Shown here: piece after piece, positions 1-11,162 of the stretch
How the letters are laid out: every line of letters starts with the position of its first letter
How positions within the stretch are numbered: the first letter of the stretch is position 1
Source: Callorhinchus milii
Taxonomy: Eukaryota
Reading direction: 5' to 3'
DNA length: 64,000 nt
NCBI RefSeq assembly: GCF_018977255.1
Contig: NW_024704742.1
Coordinates: forward strand, 65,040,001-65,104,000
The notes under the pieces: model-generated
Told to the model about the DNA's origin: nothing
Databases searched by the model: none
The model's input: the letters and a program-made list of their open reading frames with translations, nothing else
Translations under genes and position numbers: made by a program

Positions 1-114
1 ATGAAGTGGATGGCTGACTTTATTTAGGAATTGTTGGCCTGGACACCAGGATAAACTCTCTTCCTCTTGTATTCAGCCAATTCTATTTTAAATGCTGTCC
101 TGGGCTTGGCTCTC

Positions 115-1025
115 AACTCCAGGACCACTGCTGTCCTGACAGACTGCCTGTTGGACATCAAGTCCTGGATGAGGGCAAATCTCCTACAGTTGAATGTGAA
201 CAAGACTGAGGCCCTCCTGATTGACTCGCGCCAGCGCCTCAGCACCTCAGGCTCTGGCAGCATCAACCTCCATGGTTGCACACTACAACTCACTGCCAGT
301 CAGGAACCCAGGTGTCTTGTTCGACCCTCAACTGTCTTTTCTTCCCCACATCCAAGCCATGACCCGCTCTGCCTTCCCTCACCTCCATAACATCACCAGA
401 CTCCGCCACTACCTCACACCGCTGAAACTCTTATTCATACCTTCATCACCTCCAGGCTCGATTATAGAAACGCCCTGCTTGTCGGCCTTCCCAACTCCTC
501 CCTCCACAGGCTGCAGATAATCCAGCTCTGCAGCCCATGTCCTCTCCCGCACCAAACTCCATGACCCCATCTCCCCCACTCTCGCCCGACTCCATTGGCT
601 CCCTACCCTTCAGAGGATCCAGTTCAAGATCCTGGTCCCCACCTACAAAGCCCTCCATGGCCTCGCCCCACTCTATCTCTACGACCTCCTAACCCCCTAC
701 CAACCCGTCCGTTCCCTCCGCTCAGCCGGCTCTGACCTGCCCCATGTCCCCCGACCCACCCGCCCCACCATTGGCGGGAGAGCCTTTAGCCACTCTGCCC
801 CCAACTTCTGGAATTCCATCCCCCAATCACTCCGCCTCGCCCCCTCCTTAAAGTCCCACCTCAAAACCCTCCTCTTCAACCATGTCATCGGCCACCCCCC
901 TTCCCTTCCTTCTCCGCCCCCCACCTGACCCCAGCTCGGGTCTGAAATGCTGTACGCTGTCCAGCGCCTTGGGACATCCTCCCGACATGAAAGGAGCTAT
1001 ACAAATGTAATCTTGCAGTTGTTAT
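115..1025 (+). mobile_element. L2-clade LINE, 5'-truncated RT C-terminus and 3' tail, frameshifted
   Basis: DIKSWMRANLLQLNVNKTE, NPGVLFDPQLSF, GRAFSHSAPNFWN and LKTLLF motifs across shifting frames; tail ..GAAAGGAGCTATACAAATGTAA. Confidence 0.9.
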
Positions 1026-3899
1026 TGGCTCGAATGCCATGTTCGCCCACAAAAAACAGTACAGTATCATACACTAAAATCCTGTAGAGCGTTTTGGGAC
1101 GTCCTCCTGACATGAAAGATATATCAATTAGAATTATTGTCAGGAGCGGAGGTAGGAGAGCGGGGGGTGGAGCCTAGGCCTAGCCGTGAATAAAAGCACA
1201 GCCAGGTGAGGAGCGGAGCGGAGGTAGGTGATTCACCCACCCACCATGCCCTGGCCCCAGGCACTGCCATCCCGGCCATGACCTGGGAGGCTAAGCCTGA
1301 GGGCTGATGCTGTCCCACTGATCGCTCACTCCCGGTCTCTGCGTGCGCGTTTTGGCTGCCGCCCCGACCCCAACCTCCCCCTAAATGTCTCTCCTCCCGC
1401 CCCCCTCTACATCTCTCCTCTCACCCCCCTCTACATCTCTCCTCCCACCCCACCCTCTATCCACTACTCCCCCTCTGTCCTTCTCTCCCACCGCCCTCCC
1501 AGCCTTCTCTCTCTCCTTGACCCCATCACCACTGGGCAAAATGTGACAGCCAATTGCGCACAAACAATCGTGGATTGAGTAACCAATTTTTTTTGAGGGC
1601 TGATTACCCCAGGAGAGAAATCCGCTGATTGACTAACAACAACAACAAAATTACATTTGTAGAGCGCCTTTCACGTCGGGAAGATGTCGCAAGGTTCCTA
1701 CCAGATTCCTACTTACTGCTGGGTAAACAAAGTCGTTTAGAATAAGGAAACTTGCCTAAAGCTTCGTCCCGCCCATGAATCAAACCCGGGTCCTCTCACT
1801 TGCGAGACGAGTGTGCTAACCACTACTCTGCAGGACTCCACAGCAACTTTTACTCTGCCCTGGGTGAGTCAGGATCTCGGACAAAACACTGCAGCATATG
1901 GCCAACTGACCATTTGCCCAGACCAACAGCACTGCAGCCTGGTTAAATGTGCCGCCCCATCCCCCAATTACTTGCTTGTAATTGTACCCTGTGGAGTAGG
2001 TACAATATTTTTTTTTAAATTTAGATGAGTTCCTTTTAATACAATTTAATCCCTCCCCTCAATCAAGGCACGTCTCAAAATGTACTTCTTTGACTACACT
2101 TTCATCATTCCCATTTCTTGCGCCTTATCCTCAACTCTTCCCACCTCAACTGCACCCACTCAGCTCTCATCCCTGCTTGTGCATGTCAAGCTCTTTGAGA
2201 CGTCCGCCCGACATGAAATGCACATTGTGTTGCTTTATATTTGGCATTTAGATCGCAGCCAGTTACAAAAGACTAACTCATAAATTTCATCTCTACAATT
2301 GGGAAATGTCTTTGGCTCCTTGTCAGAGCTGCAGATGGGGTATGTGCATTTTCCACAGCACTTAATCTTTATTCTTCCTACACTGTAGACAGTGTAGAAA
2401 GGAATTTCCGTTCGTAGTTAGAAAGTTTTGTACAAAAAAACAGAAATATTACCTCAAATTTTTTTTTAAAAAACTCAATTTCCAAACAGACTAGATTTAC
2501 TTTGGAGCATTGTTACAATTGTATTATGAGCTTTACTAGAGTTACTTTATCTTTGAGCATTCTGTCACTAGCTCAAAAAAAAGGCAAGGATTGTATTATA
2601 GCTCATTTTACTGCTTTTTTTAAGTGGAAGATCATTGTTTCCCCTGCAGACACTGTCTCAGATAGAAACACAAAGGCCATGTTTCAGCTGACGTGTTCCT
2701 CAGAGTTGTTTTAGTTTAGTCAGAGCCAGATATTCCTGCAATACCAATTTGTGTGGCAACACCAATTTGTGTGACTTTGTCAGTCTGGCTCAGTCTGCAG
2801 TAAATGTCATAGTTTATCCAAAAGTAGAACATTACAGATGTGTAAAACAACAAAAACTTTTGGGAATGAGAAATTTCTTCACAGAGGGTTACACCGGGTG
2901 TGTTAGCTATCCGAGACGCTACCCCACGTAAAGCTATATAAATACACGATGTTGTTGTGAGGAACTACATTTTACATTTATAGAGCATTTTCACATTGTT
3001 GGATGTCTCATAGTGCCTGCCTCACAGCCGAGTAAAGCCAAAACTGAAGGGTGGGAGAGGGGAAGAGAGAGGTGGCCAAAAGCACGGTCAAAAAGATAAC
3101 AACAATCTTCGCATTTGATGCAGCACCTTATCACATCGTTGAGACGTCTCAAAGAGCTTCATAGAATATAAAGTGGATTGACTGTATATTTTGTCGGCGA
3201 AACACGGCAGCCAATTGTGCACGGCAGTGTCCCACAAACAGTCGTGGATTGAGTGAGCAATTAATTAATTATTTTTAAAAAGGTGAAAGTGCTGCATTGA
3301 TTTAACAAACTGGAGGAGCGGACTCATTAGTTGAATATCCTTGTCCTGTTACGTTCCAATCTCAGCCTGGCTAGTGACGAAAGGGCTTTTTTTAGTCAAT
3401 GTAGTTAGCGATGTTCAACATGTCTTCACTGCTGTTAAAAGTGGTGAACAGAGAAATTAGCCAGAAGCTCCTAACTTGCCAGTCAGCCACAATGAGCAAC
3501 GCTGAAGCCAACCCCTCACTGCCTTATTGGCAGTTAACCCACTCATTACCGGTCAATGCCCCACACAGACTGGCTTCTGATCCTCACACTGTTTTAAAAG
3601 TCAGTGCGGACATCTGCAGGAAGTTAAAAGTCAACGCCCCCCACTGTAAACAGGAAGAGAGAACAGACCCGAGTTTTAGCAGCCAGAGACAGTTTGCCGG
3701 CCCACGCACCCTATTTCTTCTTTTATTTAACACTGCATTTGTTGGTGTCAAAATAACTTTTTGTGGTATTTTCAGGGAATTTGTTATTATTTCAGCATCT
3801 ACACAGGGGCTTTTATTGTCAGGTCTGATTATCATTGCTCGGGTGATGCCAACATGAAAGAACCATTTATTTTGTCGATCGCTTATCATGTTGCAACAT

Positions 3900-4213
3900 G
3901 GAGTCCTGTAGCTCAGTGGTTAGAGCACTCGCTTTGCAAGTGAGAGACCTGAGTTCAATTCCAGGCAGGGTGAAACCTTGGGCAAGTTTCCTTACTCCAC
4001 ACGCCTAATAATAATCCCTCAAAAACAAAAAACAATAATAAATTGGTCATTTTCAATCTACGACTGTTTGTGGGACATTGCTGTGCGCAATTGGCTGCCG
4101 CGTTCGCCCACAAATATACAGTCAATTCACTTTACAGTATATTCTGTGAAGCGCTTTGGGACGTCTGGAAGATGTGAAAAGCGCTATATCAAATGCAAGG
4201 ATTATTATTATTT
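3900..4213 (+). mobile_element. tRNA-derived SINE, full length, short subfamily
   Basis: A box TAGCTCAGTGG, B box GAGTTCAATTCC, Ala(TGC)-like anticodon arm, L2-like tail, (TTA)n end; many copies in window. Confidence 0.93.
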
Positions 4214-4470
4214 ATCTCCAAGAGCTTCACCATTATTTACTCGCAGTGTTACTGAGTGTTTTTTTGAGGGGAAACATAGCAGCTATTTGTGCACAAACCA
4301 GGTCCTAAAAGCAGTTCTGAATTGAAGAAGCTACAACTATTTGCATTGATATAGAACCTTTCATGTTAACGTAACGTAACCTAATGTCTTAAAGTGTTTT
4401 AACGTAGACTGTGCCGGGCATTGACCTGCAATCATTGAGCAGGGAGGATGGGGGAGGGAGGTCACATACA

Positions 4471-4580
4471 CAGGGTGACCAAAAAGTCGGGATACCATTA
4501 CAATGTCTAATAAGCCTTAAAGAAATTATGATTTGTTTTTAAATAGGGTAGCTGAAAAATAAGACTTTTTGGTAACCCTG
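4471..4580. mobile_element. Tc1/mariner-type MITE, 110 bp
   Basis: 18-bp TIRs CAGGGTGACCAAAAAGTC / GACTTTTTGGTAACCCTG (1 mismatch); TA on right flank. Confidence 0.75.
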
Positions 4581-4589
4581 TACATACAA

Positions 4590-4960
4590 CAACTTGCATT
4601 TATATAGCGCCTTCCACGTAGGGTAGAATCTTGGAAGCGCTTAACATTGATGGAGCCAGACACCAAGCCGGGGGTAGGAGTTAAGCATAGGCACAGTCAA
4701 AGAGTAAGGTCTACAGGCAAGATCTGAAAAAGGGGAAGCAGAGGGTAAGGTGGAGGGATTAAGGGGAAAGTTCCAAAGTTTCAGGGGGTAGTGGCTGAAA
4801 GCATGGCTGCGAACGGTGGAGCAGAGGAGATGAGGGACAAGCAAAAGGCCAGAGCCAACTGAGCAGAGGCAGCGTGTAGTGGAGTGGGTAGAAAAGGTCA
4901 GAAATGTAGGGAGGTGCCAGGCGTGAAGGGATTTGTAGATGAGTGAGAGGATACACTTAA
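4590..4960 (-). mobile_element. L2 LINE 3' fragment
   Basis: Minus-strand LAPPYISDL and HAFSHYPLKLWN motifs, L2 tail. Confidence 0.8.
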
Positions 4961-4964
4961 ATTT

Positions 4965-5265
4965 ATAATAATAATCCTTGCATTTGATTTAGCATCTTAT
5001 TACATCGTTGAGCGCTTCATGGAATATACTGTGAAGTGAATTGACTAAGTATTTTGTGTGCGAAACAATCATGGAATTGAGTGACCTATTTGTTTTATTT
5101 TTTTTTGGATGGATTCCGGAAAGCGATCTGCCAATAACTAACAACTGAGTTCCTATTTACTGCTAGGTAAACCGAAGCGTGTGGAGTAAGGAAACTTGCC
5201 TAAGGTTTCGCCCTGCCCGGGAATCGAACTTGGGAAAGTGCTCTTAACCATTACTCTACGAGATT
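4965..5265 (-). mobile_element. tRNA-derived SINE copy (long subfamily, degraded)
   Basis: Reverse complement of the SINE body and tail. Confidence 0.85.
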
Positions 5266-5959
5266 CCGAGAATTGTGGGAAAGGTCAGGGTCTGAGATGA
5301 GGAGCCTGGGTTTTGCCAATGTTTTAAGTTGGAGAAAGTTGAGGCTCATTCAGTTGAGTGAACACAATGATTTTTGGGGGACGGAGCTGGAGAGGTAGGA
5401 AAATTCCTGGAGAGGTAGAAAAAGAGATATTCAGTTGGTTAAATATTTCCCCCCCAATTATTTAATAATAATCCTTGCATTTGATATAGAGCCTTGTCAA
5501 ATCTTCGAGACGTCTCAAAGCGCTTCACAGAATATACTGTAAAGTGAACTGACTGTATTTTTGGGGGACAACACACAAATCAAGGATGGAAGTAAATTTA
5601 TGTTGAATGTTGGGGTGGAGTCTGTGGGAGGTGACATTTCGCAAGGTCCAGAGTAGGAAGGCCAGAGATATCTTTTCTTTCCTTCGTGGCTTGCGTTTCT
5701 GATGTCCACTCTTTCTATGAAGGATTTGGGGCATATTTGCCCATTTTGGGCCTCTTCACTGACTCACTTTTTAAATTGGCATTTCCTAATCCATTTCCCA
5801 TCAGTACTACAGCGTATATTCAGATGTGTTTGAGACATAGGATAAGCTCAGCAGGAATTTCCAGATTTGTAGCCACATAAATTAGTAGATGTTGTAATCA
5901 GTACATCAATACAATTGCTCTTTTAACTACTATTTTAAATCGGTGTCCTTGGGTTAAAA

Positions 5960-6212
5960 CAGAGTGGAGGTGAGGATACATTTTTTTTTACACAGTGAGT
6001 TGTTGGGATCTGGAATGCATTGCCTGAAAGGGTGGTGGTAGCCAATTCGATAACAACTTTTAAGAGCAAAGTAGATAATTATTTGGGGAGGACAAGTTTG
6101 CAGGGTTATAGGGAGAGCGCGGAGAGTGGGATAGCTCTTTTCAAAGAGCCAGCACAGACATGATGGGCCGAATGGCCTCCTTCTGTGCTGTATAATTCTA
6201 TGATTCTGTGTG
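5960..6212 (+). mobile_element. CR1 LINE 3' end
   Basis: FF.Q.VV..WN.LP motif, tail GGGCCGAATGGCCTCCTTCTGTGCTG..ATTCTATGATTC. Confidence 0.85.
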
Positions 6213-8164
6213 ATTTGTTGTTGTTATCACGTCATTGAGGCACATCAAAGCACTTTACAGAATATATTGTAAAGTGAATTGACTGTACTTTGTGGGCAAA
6301 ATGCGGGAGCCAATTGCATACAGCAGTGTCCCAAAACAGTCATGCGTTCTTGTTTTAAAAAAAATATTTTGAAAGAACATAGAAACAGGAATAGACTATT
6401 CAGCCCCTCGAACCTATTCCACCATTCTATTAGATCATGACTGATCTGTACCATCTCAAGGTATTAGTAACCCTGGAAAGCGATTCGCCAATCGACCAAC
6501 AACCAGGTTCCTACATACTGCTGGGTCAACAGAAGGCATATGGAGTAAGGAAATTTGTCTAAGGCTTCGCCCTGCCCTGCCCTGGAGTTAAACCTGGCAT
6601 GTTCACAGACTTGAAGCTGTAATTAATGCAACAAAAGCACTTTACTGATGTCGCATTTTACTAAAATAACTTCAACATTGCCAAGATTGAGGGATTTCTG
6701 TCAAAAGTCCACCTTTTACTTAGATCCAATGCTTCTATCTAATCTAAACATGCTGCCCAGCCCTCAACTAATAATAATTATTGGATTTGATGTCATCATG
6801 TCAAGACATCACAAAGTGCTTCACTGGATTTTACTCTGAAGTCTAATAGGCTTCTAACAGAGAATACAAAGAAGGCAAACTTAACAGCTAGCTTGTGCCA
6901 GTAACATCCCCACAAACCATAGTAAAAATGAAGAGCCTGCTTGCCTAGAGTTAAGTAGGAACTCATGTGTTAGTCAATTAGCAGATCGCTTTCTGGGGGT
7001 AATAATCCCTTTAAAAAAATGTTGTTGCTCAATCCACAACTGTTTACGACACTGCTATTGTACAATTATCTACCACGTTTCGCCTACAAAATACACAATC
7101 AATTCACTTTATTCTATGAAGCGCTTCCAGATGTCTCAACGACGTAATAAGGCGCTAAATCAAATTCAAGGATTATTATTATTAGTGATTTGATCTGAAT
7201 TATATTGTAGGCTTATCACTGCTTGTTCAGCCAGGATTGTCCTACCCGTTAATAGCTGCTGAGTGGGAAGAATCCTTACCCCAGTGAATGACTAAACAGC
7301 ATTTACGCTGAGCGGCCAAAGGTAATTGGGCGAGAGAAGAAAACTGAAATGTTTGTCCGATAGTATCCTTCAAATTTTCCCGTAAATTATGGACTGCAAA
7401 AAAAACAAAGCATTTTTGGAACACCCTACCAATGGCGTAATATATACACGCACACACATACACACAGTACATATAATTATTGTATTATAATGGCTCACAG
7501 TCCTGCTAACAGCTACTAGGCAAATAAACAATTAATCTGGAGGATTGTTATCCAGGAAAACAGCTAAAACTTGTCTTTTTGAATAGTGTCATGGTTTGAT
7601 ACTACATTTCCACAACTGTCTGTGCGCAATTGGCTTCCACGTTTCGCCCAGAAAATAGTCGATTCATTTTACAATATATTCTGTGAAGCGCTTTGAGACA
7701 TCTCAACGATGTGATAAGGCACTAGATCAAACACAAGGATTATTATTTATTATTAAATTAAGAGGCATATTTAACAGCAATTAAAGATTGCTGTTAAACA
7801 ATCAGTGGAGTGGACAGATTTATGGAAAATGGAAGTCAACACAGAAAAAGGTCAAGTACATTTTTGGAATAGAGAATGGCATTATACAATAAACCTCACA
7901 CATAAGTCTTATCAGTTGGGACCATGCATTTAATATGACTTATGCAAAGTATGAGTTGTGTCAAACTTCCTTAGAATATAAACTCTTGAACAGGACTTGG
8001 GTAGATGTATAACTCAGGCGATTATACAGATCAGACCTATGAGTTTTATTGTACTCTCCAAGTGGTAACTGGAATGGAGGAACAGAAGGATTTGGGTACA
8101 AATGTTAGGAAAGGTGGGGTTAGAGCTCAAGTGTACTATGACAAGGGAAAATAAAAAAATTATG

Positions 8165-8373
8165 TATGGAACTCACTACCCCAAAGGGCTGTTGGCGCTT
8201 AGTCCTTGAACATATTCAAGACTGAGATGGATAGATTTCAAAAGGGATTAAGGGATATGGGGATAAGGCAGGGTTAGGTTATTAGCTGGAGTTAGATTAG
8301 AAGATCAGCCATGACTGAATAGCGGGGCAGGCTTGAAGGGCCGAATGGCCTACTCCTGCTCCTACAGGTTATG
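8165..8373 (+). mobile_element. CR1 LINE 3' end (second subfamily)
   Basis: WNSLP..FK.E.DRF motif; tail GGGCCGAATGGCCTACTCCTGCTCCT. Confidence 0.8.
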
Positions 8374-9334
8374 TTAAGACATGGACTTTGTATACAGGGT
8401 AACTGAACTGAAAAGCAAGTAAGTGATAATGAATTGTTACAAGATACTGGTTAGACCACAGCTGAAATATTGTGTGCAGTTGTGAGCACTACACAACATG
8501 TTGGGATGTGGAACTTGTATAGTCTAAGCTGACACTCCAATAAAGTGCTGTGGATGTGCTGCATTGTTGGAGGTGCTGCCCTTCAGATGAGACGTTAAAC
8601 CGAGGTCCTGTCTGCCTGTTCAGGAAAGAAAGAGAGTATTAGAGTTATGGACAGGATAACATTGGAACAGAGGAGGTTGAGGGTGTGTTGTGATAAACCA
8701 ATCAAGATAATGAAAGGCAGGGCTTCCGAGAGATTACATACAATTACACTTTGGTGGACTTTCGCCAGTTCTCATAAGTGTTCGCATGCCTCCAAAGCAG
8801 GCAAATAATTATGTCTGAAATTTCTAAAATCTTAAAACTCCAGATTTACTCTCGACACCCAGAGCGGAACTGAAACTCCAGGATCTTGTTCAAACCTGAC
8901 TGGTCACATTGCAATAGTTGGCTTTTAAATACCTAATACAACACAGGTCACCTGGGAGAGGTTGGATTGGTTAGTACTGAAGCACTGTCGTCTCTCTCAG
9001 AAGGCTGTGGGTTTGAGCCCCGCCTAGGACGTGATCCCAAAATGTAAGCTGACACTGCAGTCTGGAGGGTGGAACTGTATTGTCAAAGGTGCAATCTTTC
9101 AGATGATATACAGTATTAAACTGATCTCCTGTTATGGTGGATCCTATGGCACAATTATAATAATAGTCCTTGCCTTTGATATAGCGCCTTGTCATCTCAT
9201 CAAGATGTGTCAAAGCGCTTCACAGAATATACTGTAAAGTGAATTGACTGTATATTTTGTTTCAAAGAGCAGGCAATTATACAACAGTAAATCAGTCTTA
9301 TTTAGCACCTTTCACATAGGAGAAAATCTCAAAT

Positions 9335-9640
9335 AGTATAGTAGTGGCTAGTGCGCTTGCCTCGCAATTGAGAGGACCTGGGTTCGATTCCCAGGTGGGG
9401 TGAAATCTTAGGCAAGTTTTCTTACTCCACACACCTCTATTGACCTAGCAGTAAGTAGGAACCTGGTTGTTAGTCGATTGTTAGACCAGGGGTAATAATC
9501 CCTTAAAAAAAATTGGTCACTCAATCCATGATTGTTTTTCCCACAAAATACAGTCTTTACAATATATTCAGTGAAACGTTTTAGACGTCTTAATGATGTG
9601 ATAAGGTGTTATATCAAATGCAAGGATTGTTATGTATTAT
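9335..9640 (+). mobile_element. tRNA-derived SINE copy (long subfamily)
   Basis: B box GGTTCGATTCC, body and tail. Confidence 0.85.
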
Positions 9641-10829
9641 TAAAGTATAACAGGGAAATGGGTCTCCCAGAGAGAGTACGTCACCTTTCGAATCCCTTAC
9701 CTTCCCATCAAACAGATAGTTTAGAAAATGAACTTTTCTAAATAAAATGCCAAAAATAGTAAATAGTTTTAAAATCATTTTTCTTTCATTTCCAAATGTC
9801 AGGTTTAACGAAAGTTATTTATGATAAATCTGCCATGAGACTAAGGGGAAATAATCAAATGTCTGAATTATGAAGTGACTAAGACACGGATGATGACAAC
9901 CTCAGTTCCAGTAACCAGTATAATGAACACAACTGTTTATCAGAATTCCTCAAATTTTTTACCCCCCAAACAAAGCAGAATAGTTTTCCCCTGGGATCTA
10001 CAGAAAGCACTCTGTCTGAGTGCCACAGGCCGAGTTGAAAAGAGCTTTTGGCTGGAAACAGCTGTAAGCACATTTTAAAGAAAATGTACTTTGCAATGAA
10101 TCTGTAACGTCAGCTTAGTTGGAGTTCAGTGGCCAGTCGATGTCACGGAGCGAATGCCGAATTTCCAAAGGTCATCAGTGATTAACATGGATCTAGCTGG
10201 ATCCCAAAAGCCAACGAGAGGAATTCCTGTTGTAACAATAATCCTTATATTTGATATCGCACCTTATCACATCTTCGAGACGTCTCAAAGCACTTCACAG
10301 AATATACTGTAAATTGAATTGACTGTATATTTGTGGGTGAACCGCAGCAGCCAGTTGCGCACAGCAGTGTCCCACAAACAGTCGTGGATTGAGTAAGCAA
10401 ATTATTATTACTTTTTTAATAGAACCCACTGAATATGAATTCAGGCACAAACTCAGTGTAGGTGTAGTGTAGACATTACGTATTTTGTCACGATAATCAA
10501 ATGTACCCAAGTAAGAAGAAAAAGTTTTGCATTTTTATAGCCCTTTATCAATTAAGAACAGTACCTCACAGAAATTACTGTCCAGCGTTAGTGAGTTTTT
10601 GTAGACAAATATGTCAAGTCATTTTGTACACAAGATCCCACAAGCAGCCATGTGGTCTGTCTATCTGATGGATTTGGTGGCCAGGGCACTGGAAAAAAGT
10701 CCTTTCACCTTTTCAAACCTGTCATGGGATTTTATTAACATCAACCACTGGAAAATGGATATTTGGTAGTTTATGATCTGATCCAAAAGACGGCAATTCT
10801 GACAATACAGAGCTCTCCTCCATACTTCA

Positions 10830-11162
10830 TGTGTCCTACAGAGTAGTGGTTAGCGTGCTTGCTTTGCAAGCGAGAGGCCTTGGGTTCAATTCCTGGGCAG
10901 GACAAATTGTTGGCAAGTTTTCTTACTCCACATGTCTCTGTTTACCTAGCAGTAAGTAGGAACCCGGTTATTAGTCCGTTGGCAGGTAATAAAAATTTGG
11001 CCACTCAATTCACAACTGTGGGACACTGCAGTATACAACTGGCTGCTACATTTCGCCCACAAATACACAATCAATCCACTTTACAATATGTTCTGTGAAG
11101 CACTTTGAGACATTTCAACGACATGATAAGCACTAAATTAAATGTAAGTATTATTGTTATTA
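10830..11162 (+). mobile_element. tRNA-derived SINE copy (long subfamily)
   Basis: Head, body and tail match other copies. Confidence 0.85.

Noticed and set aside
1245..1320. Possible HDV-like ribozyme (CCCAGG/CCTGGG stem with inner CAT/ATG)
   Set aside because: The L3 loop and P2 pairing do not fit the nested double pseudoknot
3900..3970. tRNA-Ala-like sequence (also at 44077, 33700 and 48720)
   Set aside because: No proper acceptor stem or terminator, and it continues into a SINE body; these are SINE heads, not tRNA genes
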